56,045 nucleotides of DNA from a bacterium (GTDB taxonomy: Bacteria; Patescibacteriota; Doudnabacteria; UBA920), in contig JAJYWK010000006.1 of the NCBI GenBank assembly GCA_021791515.1, positions 1 to 56,045 of the forward strand. The letters run 5' to 3'. Position 1 is the first letter of the stretch; each line of letters begins with the position of its first letter. The notes under the pieces were generated by a model, which saw only the letters and a list, made by a program, of their open reading frames with translations, did not search any database and was not told the DNA's origin. A program made the position numbers and the translations under genes. This document shows, piece after piece, positions 24,444 through 32,765 of this stretch.

Positions 24444-25001
24444 GTGATGAGATATAAACATCTGGCCAAAGAAAGAAATAAAAAAATGACGCTTGCCGCG
24501 GAGGTGCTTTTGTATTTTTTTGCTTTTGCGGATTTTTTACCCCGGCCGTTTGAGCACAAAACCCATTATACTAAGCGACTGCTTAGTGGAAAAACCGACG
24601 CATATTCTTACTATAGAATTATGAGAAGTTTGGAGGAGCGGGGGTGGCTGAAGGTTTATAAAGAAGGGAAAAGTAAACTTTATTCTCTAACTGAGCAGGG
24701 AAAATTGGAAGCTTTGTTTCTTAAAGCTCATTTGCCGGAAAAAGAAAATTGGGATGGCAAATGGCGGATGTTAATTTTTGATATTCCCGAGGACGCGCGT
24801 CCGGAAAGAAATAAATTGAGGAGATTATTAAAGACCAATGGTTTTAAACAAATTCAAAAAAGCGTATTTATAAACCCATATCCGTTGAATAGCGAAGCAA
24901 TCAGTTATCTTCAGCAAATCGGTTTGGATAAGTTTATTCGTATATTTAGAATTGATAAAGCAGACAACGAAAATTCTTTAAAAAAGTTATTCGATTTGTA
25001 A
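24444..25001 (+). CDS. PaaX-like / Cas2-fold domain regulator (wHTH plus WDGKWR...FDIPE module)
   Basis: YYRIMRSLEERGWL (wHTH-like), then NWDGKWRMLIFDIPEDARPERNKLRRLLKTNGFKQIQKSVFI, which is typical of PaaX C-terminal/Cas2-like ferredoxin-fold proteins. Confidence 0.5.
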   Translation: MMRYKHLAKERNKKMTLAAEVLLYFFAFADFLPRPFEHKTHYTKRLLSGKTDAYSYYRIMRSLEERGWLKVYKEGKSKLYSLTEQGKLEALFLKAHLPEKENWDGKWRMLIFDIPEDARPERNKLRRLLKTNGFKQIQKSVFINPYPLNSEAISYLQQIGLDKFIRIFRIDKADNENSLKKLFDL

Positions 25002-25012
25002 GAAATTTTTAC

Positions 25013-25046
25013 ATACCATTTATAGACGATCGTCAATTGAAGGTAT
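25013..25046. promoter_or_regulatory. second, imperfect copy of the gacgatcgtc-centred palindrome
   Basis: ataccatttatagacgatcgtcaattgaaggtat, immediately after the PaaX-like gene. Confidence 0.5.
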
Positions 25047-25107
25047 ATTTGGTTTTACGGATTTTTCTATTTTTTATGTGGGTTTTTTGTTATAATAGGT
25101 GAGGTTT

Positions 25108-25198
25108 GGAGAGGTACCGAAGTGGTCATAACGGGACGGTCTCGAAAACCGTTTGCTCCGCAAGGGGCCCGAGGGTTCGAATCCCTCCCTCTCCGCCA
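25108..25198 (+). tRNA. tRNA-Ser(CGA), type II
   Basis: ggagagg...acggt-ctCGAaa-accgt, long variable arm, gaggg-ttcgaat-ccctc-cctctcc-g-cca. Confidence 0.85.
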
Positions 25199-25219
25199 GT
25201 GTATTAAGTTTAGGTAAAT

Positions 25220-25621
25220 ATGATCCATCCTGATAGGTTTCAAATGATCCAAGAGCTTCCTTCTGCTGACAGACTGGCTTATTTAGTAAATTCAGCGAGG
25301 CAAAATAAACAATTTCAATTAAGGAATTGTCCCGAAGGCAGGATGCCTTATAACTGTGTGGGAAATAATGAAATTGCTGAACAGGCCCAAGGACAAAGTT
25401 GGTGGAGTCCAAAAGCAAAAGCCGACCCCAGAGATGTACATTTTGGTCATTACGTGTGTTTAGCCACCACACAAGACAGGAGTTTATACCTTCTTGATTT
25501 AACAGCCCATCTTCCTGTCAAAAAAATAAATCCAGACGATGCCAAATTATCCGAAGATGAAATTTTAAAGAGATATACTGGTTATGATGGTTGGAAATTG
25601 AATAGAGATTATAAAAAATAA
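25220..25621 (+). CDS. hypothetical protein
   Basis: 133-aa ORF directly downstream of tRNA-Ser. I recognise no motif. Confidence 0.45.
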   Translation: MIHPDRFQMIQELPSADRLAYLVNSARQNKQFQLRNCPEGRMPYNCVGNNEIAEQAQGQSWWSPKAKADPRDVHFGHYVCLATTQDRSLYLLDLTAHLPVKKINPDDAKLSEDEILKRYTGYDGWKLNRDYKK

Positions 25622-25632
25622 GCATTTTATTT

Positions 25633-26364
25633 ATGCAAAACAAAACCATTCTAATCAGCGGTGGGACAACGGGCATTGGCGCGGCCACGGCTGTGAAGTT
25701 TTTGGAAGACGGTTGGCAGGTGTGTGTATTTTCCGACAGGGCTGATCATAATCAAGATTTTTTAAAGCTGGCCAAAGCCCAGGGCCTTCATCAGAGGTTG
25801 CTGATTTTAAAAGCTGACATAACCAAAGAGAAAGAGTTAAAAAAAGTAGTGGCGGAAACTAAAAAGAAGTTTAAGACAGTGGATGTTTTGTTCAACAACG
25901 CGGGGATGGGATATTTTACCGATGCCGACAAAATGGATGTAAAAAAATTTGACCAAATGATGGAAATAAACGTGATTGGCATGGCGGATTTAACCAAGCT
26001 GGTTTTGCCCATAATGAAAAAGCAAAAACGCGGGCAAATAATTAACAACGCTTCCATTGCCGCCAAGATTGGCCACGCCAAGAGTGAATTTTACGCGGCC
26101 ACAAAATCCGCTGTAATGCGCTACAGCGAGGGCCTTCGCGCGGAAGTGGCGAAGTTTGGTATTAAAGTTTCGGTAATTTACACCAGCACGGTTAAAACGG
26201 AATTTTGGAGCAAGAAAGAATTCGCCCGCCGAAAGAAAGAAAACTGGCATGGCAAGGAGCCGGTATTTTTAAGCCCGAACGATATCGCATCTACGGTTCA
26301 GTTTATTGTTGGGCAGCCAAGCAACAGCGTAGTCTCTGATATTACAATTATGCCATTTGGATAA
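25633..26364 (+). CDS. SDR-family oxidoreductase
   Basis: ILISGGTTGIGAATA (TGxxxGxG), NNAG, YAATKSAV (YxxxK). Confidence 0.85.
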   Translation: MQNKTILISGGTTGIGAATAVKFLEDGWQVCVFSDRADHNQDFLKLAKAQGLHQRLLILKADITKEKELKKVVAETKKKFKTVDVLFNNAGMGYFTDADKMDVKKFDQMMEINVIGMADLTKLVLPIMKKQKRGQIINNASIAAKIGHAKSEFYAATKSAVMRYSEGLRAEVAKFGIKVSVIYTSTVKTEFWSKKEFARRKKENWHGKEPVFLSPNDIASTVQFIVGQPSNSVVSDITIMPFG

Positions 26365-26431
26365 TCGGTGAGTTGGAGAATCAAAAGTTGGAAGGTATAA
26401 AAATTAATCGTTTAATTAAGTTTTATAATTT

Positions 26432-26529
26432 TGTCATCCTGAATTTATTTCAGGATCCATAAAATAGATTCCGGAACCCCAGTAGTAGAACCTTCGGTTC
26501 ACTACGGGGCAGGCAAGTCCGGAATGACA
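26432..26529. repeat. tgtcat...atgaca element with a nested CCCC...GGGG hairpin (26477-26509)
   Basis: The backbone matches 19709-19769, but the tccgga/tccgga hairpin loop is occupied by ccccagtagtagaaccttcggttcactacgggg. Confidence 0.75.
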
Positions 26530-26539
26530 CATAATACAT

Positions 26540-27853
26540 ATGCAAAAAAAATATTACGGAACGCAGACAGAAAAGGCCATAAAAAATTTCCCTTTTTCTT
26601 TTCGCAAACTTCCAAAAGAATTTTTTTATACTATTACGGAGATTAAAAAAGCCTCGGCCATTGCTCACGCCAGAGTGGGAGAATTAGACAACAAAAGAAA
26701 AATTGCCATTGTAAAAGCCTGCGACGAAATTTTGGCCGGTAAAATGGACGCGCAGTTCGTCTTGCCGGCTTTTCAGGGCGGCGCCGGAACGTCTAACCAC
26801 ATGAATGTTAATGAAGTTATTGCCGGCCTGGCAACGGAAATTTTGCAAAAAACCGCGGTGCACCCAAACGACCACGTAAACATGTCCGAGTCTACCAACG
26901 ACGTAATGCCCTCGGCCTTAAAAATTATCGCTTATCGTTTAAGCCAAAGATTTTTAGGCACAATGGATGTTTTTATTAAAACTTTGGAAAACAAAGCCAA
27001 AGAGTTTAAGGATGTTTATAAATTGGGCCGAACGCATATGCAGGATGCCGTGCCGATTACTTTGGGCGGGGAGTTTACCGCTTACGCGGAATACGCTAGG
27101 CGCGGCAAAGAGCGGATAGAGGCGGCCATGAAAAATATTTTGGAATTAAATTTGGGCGGCTCCGCGGTGGGCAATTCCATAAACGCTTCGCCAAAGTACA
27201 TTAGTAATTTTTATAAAGAGCTGCAAAAAATTACCAAGTTGCCGTTTAGGCCGGCTAAAAATTTAATGTCTAAAACCAGCAGTACCACGGATTTGCTGTG
27301 GCTGTCGCAAAGTTTGACCGCTTTTTGCGCGGACCTTTCTAAAATTTCCAATGATTTGCGCTGGCTTTCGGCCGGGCCCAAGGGCGGCATTGGAGAAATT
27401 TCCATGCCGGAGCTGCAGGCCGGCTCTTCCATAATGCCGGGGAAAGTTAATCCGGTGCTTAGCGAGGCTGTTAGCCAACTTTATTTTTTGGTTTCCGGCA
27501 ACACCTTAACCATTGAGCACGCCTCGGAAGGCTCGCAAATGGAACTTAATGTTATGCTGCCTATTATGACCGACCGGCTGATTGAATCCTTAAAAATTAT
27601 GGACGAGCTTTTGCTGCAATTTTCCGCTAGGTGCGTGGCCGGCATTAAAGCCAACAAAAAACGCTGCAGAGAGCTGCTAGAAAATTCCACGGCCTATTCC
27701 ACGCTATTAACTCCAGTTTTGGGTTATGATGTAGTTTCCGCGGCGGTAAAAGAATCTTTAAAAACCAACCAAACTTTACGGGAAGTGATTGTGGGGCAAA
27801 AACTTTTAAGCAATAAAGATTTTGATAAAGCAGTTAATTCATTTCGGCCATAA
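26540..27853 (+). CDS. class II fumarase / aspartate ammonia-lyase family protein
   Basis: Signature GSSIMPGKVNP; N-terminal YYGTQTEKAIKNFPFS; TNDVMPSA. Confidence 0.8.
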   Translation: MQKKYYGTQTEKAIKNFPFSFRKLPKEFFYTITEIKKASAIAHARVGELDNKRKIAIVKACDEILAGKMDAQFVLPAFQGGAGTSNHMNVNEVIAGLATEILQKTAVHPNDHVNMSESTNDVMPSALKIIAYRLSQRFLGTMDVFIKTLENKAKEFKDVYKLGRTHMQDAVPITLGGEFTAYAEYARRGKERIEAAMKNILELNLGGSAVGNSINASPKYISNFYKELQKITKLPFRPAKNLMSKTSSTTDLLWLSQSLTAFCADLSKISNDLRWLSAGPKGGIGEISMPELQAGSSIMPGKVNPVLSEAVSQLYFLVSGNTLTIEHASEGSQMELNVMLPIMTDRLIESLKIMDELLLQFSARCVAGIKANKKRCRELLENSTAYSTLLTPVLGYDVVSAAVKESLKTNQTLREVIVGQKLLSNKDFDKAVNSFRP

Positions 27854-28470
27854 TGCCATATTTAGATTTAAACCACAGTTTTAATAACAATATGCCGGTA
27901 TTTCCGGGCGACGGTGCGACAGAGCTGATTCAGGTGTCTGATGTGAGCAAAGACGGCATCGCTAACCACCTGCTTAAGACTTCTATGCATGTGGGTACTC
28001 ATATGGACGGGCCGGCGCATATGCTTTTGGGCGGTAAGCCCTTGAGTGAATATCCGGCAGAAAAATTTTTTGGGCGGGGCGTAATAATAGACGCGCGGGG
28101 GAAGTCGGCGGCCGATGCCGAATTGCTGTCTAGCGTGCAAATTCAAAAAGGGGATGTAGTATTAGTTTGTTTTAGCTGGTCTACGGAATTTTTTGAGGAA
28201 GATTATTATTTAAATTATCCGGAAATTAGCGAGAGTTTTGCCGCGCGGCTGGTTGAACTGGGCGCTTCAATTATCGGCATGGATACCCCCAGCCCCGACC
28301 GCGCGCCTTACAGCGCGCATAAAATTTTGTTAAACGGCGATATTTTAATAATTGAAAATTTAACTAATTTGGAACAGCTAATCGGTCAAAAGAATTTTGA
28401 GATAATCGCCCTGCCGATGAAACTGGAAACAGATTCAGCGCCATGCAGGGTGGTGGCAAAAATCATATAG
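27853..28470 (+). CDS. cyclase-family protein (kynurenine formamidase-like)
   Basis: HVGTHMDGPAHM metal-binding motif; the ATG overlaps the upstream stop (taATG). Confidence 0.7.
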   Translation: MPYLDLNHSFNNNMPVFPGDGATELIQVSDVSKDGIANHLLKTSMHVGTHMDGPAHMLLGGKPLSEYPAEKFFGRGVIIDARGKSAADAELLSSVQIQKGDVVLVCFSWSTEFFEEDYYLNYPEISESFAARLVELGASIIGMDTPSPDRAPYSAHKILLNGDILIIENLTNLEQLIGQKNFEIIALPMKLETDSAPCRVVAKII

Positions 28471-28486
28471 AACATTCTTTAAGTTT

Positions 28487-28601
28487 TGTCATCCCGACCG
28501 ACGACGAGTGCATCCGAGGAGGAGCGGAGGGATCCCTTATCGATTGAAGTTTAAGGGATTCCCTGCCTGCCGGCAGGCAGGCTCGGTCGCTCGGAATGAC
28601 A
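28487..28601. repeat. tgtcat...atgaca palindromic element, long variant
   Basis: tgtcatcccgaccg...gagggatccctta-tcgattgaagt-ttaagggattccctgcctgccggcaggcagg...ctcggaatgaca. Confidence 0.7.
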
Positions 28602-28653
28602 CAGTATCTGAGCTTAATGTTTGGTACCTCTGTTGTGAAGAAAATATATTAAC

Positions 28654-29751
28654 ATGGAGCAAACAAAAAAAATCCTTATTCTTTACGCCTCGGTGGGCCT
28701 GGGGCATAAAAGCATAGCCGAGAACATCGGCTTTTATTTAGAACGGGCCGGTTTTACCGTTTGTCTTTATGACGCGCACAGGGTTGAATCGGGAAAGTTA
28801 GTTAGGTGGGCTACCAAATTTTACGGGTTTTTAATTAACCAGTTTCCGTTCGTGTGGAGTTGGCTGTATAAAACAGAGTGGTTTATTAGTTTAACTTTGC
28901 CTTATCGCACCCGGGTGGCAAAATTTCAGCATCGCAACATTTTGGAAGTTTTGGAAAAAGAACGCCCCAATTTAGTAATTTCCACCCACGTTACACCCTC
29001 GGCCGCGATGGATTATTTAAAAAAACAGGGATTGTATGCGGGCAAGTTTGGAATTACTTTCAGCGATTTTCATTTGCATCGTTTTTGGCTGTTTGATTCG
29101 GCCGATTTTTATTTAGCCAATATCCAGGAGCAAAAAGAAGAAATGATTAAACTTGGTATAAATCAAGATAAAATATTTGTTTGCGGAATAACTTTAAGGC
29201 CAAAAATAGAAGTTAATGCAGAATTAATAAAACAGAAATTAGGGATCAATTCGAACCAAAAAACATTGCTTTTGGCCAGCGGCTCACAAGGCACGGGCGT
29301 AGACCAGAATTTAATTGATGAGTTGCTGGCTAAAAGCCAGGCTAAAATAATTGTGGTATGCGGAAAAAATAAAGTGCTGTTTGAAAATTTGAGCGAACGG
29401 TATCAAAATGCCAATTGTATTATTTTGGGCTACTACAGCCCCATGGAAGAGTTGTATGCCGTGGCTGATTTATTCATTTCCAAACCCGGCGGGCTTTCCA
29501 CAGCCGAAGCCCTGAGGTATAATTTGCCGATTTTAGTTTCGCATCTTTTGCCCGGGCAGGAGGAGTTGAATTATAATTATTTGCAGGAAAAAAGCCTGGT
29601 TATGCCGGAGCCAATTAACCTTGTGTCGTCAGCCATTGAAGAATTGGAGAGCGGTGAGTTTAGGCAAAATTTAGCATCCAGCCAGGCCTTATTGGAAATT
29701 TTTATCCGTCCCGAAACCTTAATTGATGCAATTAGGAAAAGTTTGGGTTGA
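28654..29751 (+). CDS. MGDG-synthase-family glycosyltransferase (diacylglycerol glycosyltransferase-like, GT28)
   Basis: ILILYASVGLGHKSIAENI N-terminus; C-terminal FISKPGGLSTAEAL. Confidence 0.7.
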   Translation: MEQTKKILILYASVGLGHKSIAENIGFYLERAGFTVCLYDAHRVESGKLVRWATKFYGFLINQFPFVWSWLYKTEWFISLTLPYRTRVAKFQHRNILEVLEKERPNLVISTHVTPSAAMDYLKKQGLYAGKFGITFSDFHLHRFWLFDSADFYLANIQEQKEEMIKLGINQDKIFVCGITLRPKIEVNAELIKQKLGINSNQKTLLLASGSQGTGVDQNLIDELLAKSQAKIIVVCGKNKVLFENLSERYQNANCIILGYYSPMEELYAVADLFISKPGGLSTAEALRYNLPILVSHLLPGQEELNYNYLQEKSLVMPEPINLVSSAIEELESGEFRQNLASSQALLEIFIRPETLIDAIRKSLG

Positions 29752-30042
29752 TGGAGGTTTTACATTGTTTCAGAGGGGCTTGTCCCGCCTCTTTCTCAAA
29801 AAGGGCGGTGTTTGACGGCTCTGGTTTTATTGTATATTATAAAAATATCAAACAACTTTTTACCCCCAAGTTTAACAGGGGACATTAACTAGAAACATAA
29901 GCCCAGTAGAGCTTCTTTGAGTGCCTAAAGACTCTGGTTTCACAAAGAAAAGCCGCTGGGAAGTGAGCATAAGATTATTAAGATTTGATTTTGCGATTCG
30001 CCTTTAGGCGCAAAGAGCAAACTCAAAGAAATTCACTTCGGT

Positions 30043-30600
30043 ATGGCTAAGAAAGAAAAAACATCGTTTTTTGGGAAGATTATGGGGGGCAGTGTAACAG
30101 AAGAAGCGCCGCAGCCGGTGGCTGTTTCACAAATTGAAGAAGAAATAGAAGCCGAAGAATTGGCTCCGGACGAAGTAGTGGAAGAGGTGGAGATGGAAGT
30201 TGAAGAGGAAGAAGCTCCCGCGGTAAAGCCCGCGGCTAAAGAGAGCAACGAAGAGTGGCTGAATGACTTTGAAGGCCAGCTGAACATAGATATGTACCAG
30301 ACTAAAGATAATGTTATTATTAAATCCACCATTGCTGGCGTGAGGCCGGAAGACATAGACATTACCGTGGCTAACGATATGGTAACGGTAAAGGGCGCGC
30401 GCAAAAAAGACGAAGTGATTGCCCAGGACGATTATTTTTACCAGGAATGCTACTGGGGCAATTTCTCCCGCTCTGTCATCATCCCGGTGGATATAGACTC
30501 CGAAAGCATTGAAGCGGATTTAAAAGACGGCATCCTTACCGTGGTAATTCCCAAAGCGGCCAAAGCTAAGACCAAGAAAGTAAAGGTTAAAGGACTATAA
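30043..30600 (+). CDS. Hsp20/alpha-crystallin small heat-shock protein with an acidic N-terminal extension
   Basis: GQLNIDMYQTKDNVIIKSTIAGVRPEDIDITV...ADLKDGILTVVIPK. Confidence 0.85.
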   Translation: MAKKEKTSFFGKIMGGSVTEEAPQPVAVSQIEEEIEAEELAPDEVVEEVEMEVEEEEAPAVKPAAKESNEEWLNDFEGQLNIDMYQTKDNVIIKSTIAGVRPEDIDITVANDMVTVKGARKKDEVIAQDDYFYQECYWGNFSRSVIIPVDIDSESIEADLKDGILTVVIPKAAKAKTKKVKVKGL

Positions 30601-30699
30601 GACGCGGATCGCTCGCGGATTTTACTGCAGTCGCGGATATACACGCAGATATAAACCCCCGCTCTTTTCAAGGAGCGGGGTTTTTGGTATAATTGGTTT

Positions 30700-30945
30700 A
30701 TGAAAATCGTCAAAGATATTTATCAATATACGGCAGTGTTTGAACCCGATAAAAAATCGGGTGGTTTTACAGTTACCATTCCCTCTTTGCCAGGCTGTAT
30801 TTCCGAAGGCGATACTTTTGAACAAGCCGTTTTAAATATTCAGGAAGCCGCCGAGCTGTACCTTGATGTGATGAAACAGAAAAAGACAGCCATCCCCTGG
30901 GAAGAAAAAGGCGTGGTAGTGGCCCCCATCCAAGTTAAAATTTAA
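30700..30945 (+). CDS. hicB: HicB-family antitoxin
   Basis: YTAVFEPDKKSGGFTVTIPSLPGCISEGDTFEQAVLNIQEAAELYL. Confidence 0.75.
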   Translation: MKIVKDIYQYTAVFEPDKKSGGFTVTIPSLPGCISEGDTFEQAVLNIQEAAELYLDVMKQKKTAIPWEEKGVVVAPIQVKI

Positions 30946-30947
30946 AT

Positions 30948-31166
30948 ATGCCAAAATTACCCGTTTTGACTCCCAGAGTGGTTTGCAAAGCTTTGGAAAG
31001 AGCGGGTTTTATTTTGGCTAGGCAAAAAGGCAGTCATCGGATGTATGTAAAAGACAGTTTGGGGGTTACCGTGCCGTATCACAATAAGGATTTAAAACCT
31101 AAAACCTTAAAACACATAATTCAGCAGTCCGGAATGGATTTAGTTAAATTTATAGATTTGTTGTAA
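30948..31166 (+). CDS. hicA: HicA-family mRNA interferase toxin
   Basis: LTPRVVCKALERAGFILARQKGSHRMY...TVPYHNKDLKPKTLKHIIQQSG. Confidence 0.75.
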   Translation: MPKLPVLTPRVVCKALERAGFILARQKGSHRMYVKDSLGVTVPYHNKDLKPKTLKHIIQQSGMDLVKFIDLL

Positions 31167-31201
31167 GTGAGTTAAGCGAGATTAGAGAAAAGAGAAAAAG
31201 T

Positions 31202-31230
31202 AAAAGGCGGGCGCGCGGCGTCCGCCTTTT
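31202..31230. terminator. GC-rich hairpin between convergent units
   Basis: aaaaggcgggcgcgcggcgtccgcctttt. Confidence 0.6.
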
Positions 31231-31249
31231 GAGTTTGGAGGTTTAGAAC

Positions 31250-31423
31250 TTAATCTGGAGAAGATTTCCGCCGATGCTCTCGCCTATGCTTCCGCTGTTG
31301 CTCTTGCAATTCCTTTGACGCTAATATCACAAAAGCTATGCCGGCGAAAATATCACCCGACTTCTGCACCTCGTCCCATTGCTTTTTTAGCCTTGCTTTC
31401 AGTTCTTTTCTTTCCTTGGTCAT
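31250..31423 (-). CDS. hypothetical 57-aa basic protein
   Basis: Own translation MTKERKELKARLKKQWDEVQKSGDIFAGIAFVILASKELQEQQRKHRREHRRKSSPD. Its ATG overlaps the TGA of the upstream ORF (ATGA), suggesting translational coupling. Confidence 0.4.
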   Translation of the reverse strand: MTKERKELKARLKKQWDEVQKSGDIFAGIAFVILASKELQEQQRKHRREHRRKSSPD

Positions 31424-31698
31424 TTTCTAAACCTCTTAGGCAGTCGCCAAAACTTTTTGACTACCGCCGCAACAGCCAAGTTTACCGAAGGCCCGCCGAG
31501 CAGACCCATGTAGATGAATGCCGTGATGTGTGAAGGGGCCACACCACCTTTGTAGCCTTTGGCAATAGCATTAGCCAGCGACCACGGCCCCCAAACAATG
31601 AACGAAAACATAGCGACGAGCATCGCAATGGTAGTGGAAATAAGCGTCTTCAGGTACGCATCCTTATACAAAAGCCTCACCTTACTGAAATCTTTCAT
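31420..31698 (-). CDS. hypothetical small membrane protein
   Basis: 92-aa ORF with two or three hydrophobic segments, divergent from TrmB paralog 4 and GC-richer by eye. Confidence 0.5.
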   Translation of the reverse strand: MKDFSKVRLLYKDAYLKTLISTTIAMLVAMFSFIVWGPWSLANAIAKGYKGGVAPSHITAFIYMGLLGGPSVNLAVAAVVKKFWRLPKRFRK

Positions 31699-31832
31699 GG
31701 TTCCTCCTCTGGGACAATACAGAATATCACCAGCCGCATCGTTTATAAATTAGTATTTATTTACATTTGGCTTATTTGACAGAAATTCTGTTAGTAGTAT
31801 AATTAATTGTCAATGACAAATTGACAAACTAT

Positions 31833-32627
31833 ATGCTACAAAGCGAAATAATATTAAAAAAGCTCGGGCTTTCTGAGCACGAAGCCAAAGTTTATCTCTT
31901 GGGCATTAAGTTGGGCCCGAGTCTTGCCAGTGAAATATCAAAACAGTCGGGTTTGGGCCGGACGCTGGTTTATCATCTGCTGGGACAGTTAAAAAGCAAA
32001 GGTTTGGTTAGCGAACAGGGTAGCGGCAACGGTAAAAAGTTTTTTATGGAACCGCCGGAGAGGCTGTTAAATATTGTGGAAAGAAAACAAAAAGAGTTGG
32101 AGGGTATGGCAGTTCAAGTTACGCAAATTACCAAAGAATTAAAGTCATCCGCTATCTTTTCCGGCATACCGCAAATCCGCGTTTATGAAGGCACGGAAGG
32201 CATAAAGAATTTTGCCCAGGACACCTTGGCTGTAAAAGGCACGCTGACTAAAGCCATCGTTCCCATCGATAATTTATTAAAGATGCTGGATAAGTTTTTT
32301 TTGCGCTATTGGTTTTTAGGGCGAAATAAGCAAAATATTATGGGCAAAACTTTGTTTACCGGCACTCCGCGCAAACCATTCTCTATTGATCAGATAAAAC
32401 AATTGCTTAACACCCCACACGCCAGCAGTTTTTTGCATCAATGGAAAAAAAGCCCAAGGGAATTTGTGTTCCAGAATACCGTAGTAATTTTTGGTAATAA
32501 AGTCGCGGTAGTTTCGTCTCCTGAAAAACCCTCGGTGTTTGTTATTGATTCCGGCGAGTTTGCCGCCACTATGAGTATTTTTTTTGATGATTTATGGAAA
32601 CGAAGCGCAGTTTTGAAACAGAAATAA
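31833..32627 (+). CDS. TrmB-like HTH transcriptional regulator (paralog 4)
   Basis: LGLSEHEAKVYLLGIKLGPSLASEIS...RTLVYHLLGQLKSKGLV. I moved the start to the ATG at 31833. The 8-bp inverted repeat ttgtcaat/attgacaa lies just upstream. Confidence 0.7.
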   Translation: MLQSEIILKKLGLSEHEAKVYLLGIKLGPSLASEISKQSGLGRTLVYHLLGQLKSKGLVSEQGSGNGKKFFMEPPERLLNIVERKQKELEGMAVQVTQITKELKSSAIFSGIPQIRVYEGTEGIKNFAQDTLAVKGTLTKAIVPIDNLLKMLDKFFLRYWFLGRNKQNIMGKTLFTGTPRKPFSIDQIKQLLNTPHASSFLHQWKKSPREFVFQNTVVIFGNKVAVVSSPEKPSVFVIDSGEFAATMSIFFDDLWKRSAVLKQK

Positions 32628-32765
32628 CGATTCTGGCAGGACACTAAAAAAAATGCTAAAATGGGGAGGCAAGGAAGATTGTCATCTTCAGAATAACCTC
32701 TCCCCGTTCCGCCCGCCTTAGGCGGGCGGAACTTCCCTCTCCATGAATTGGAGAGGGAGACTATA

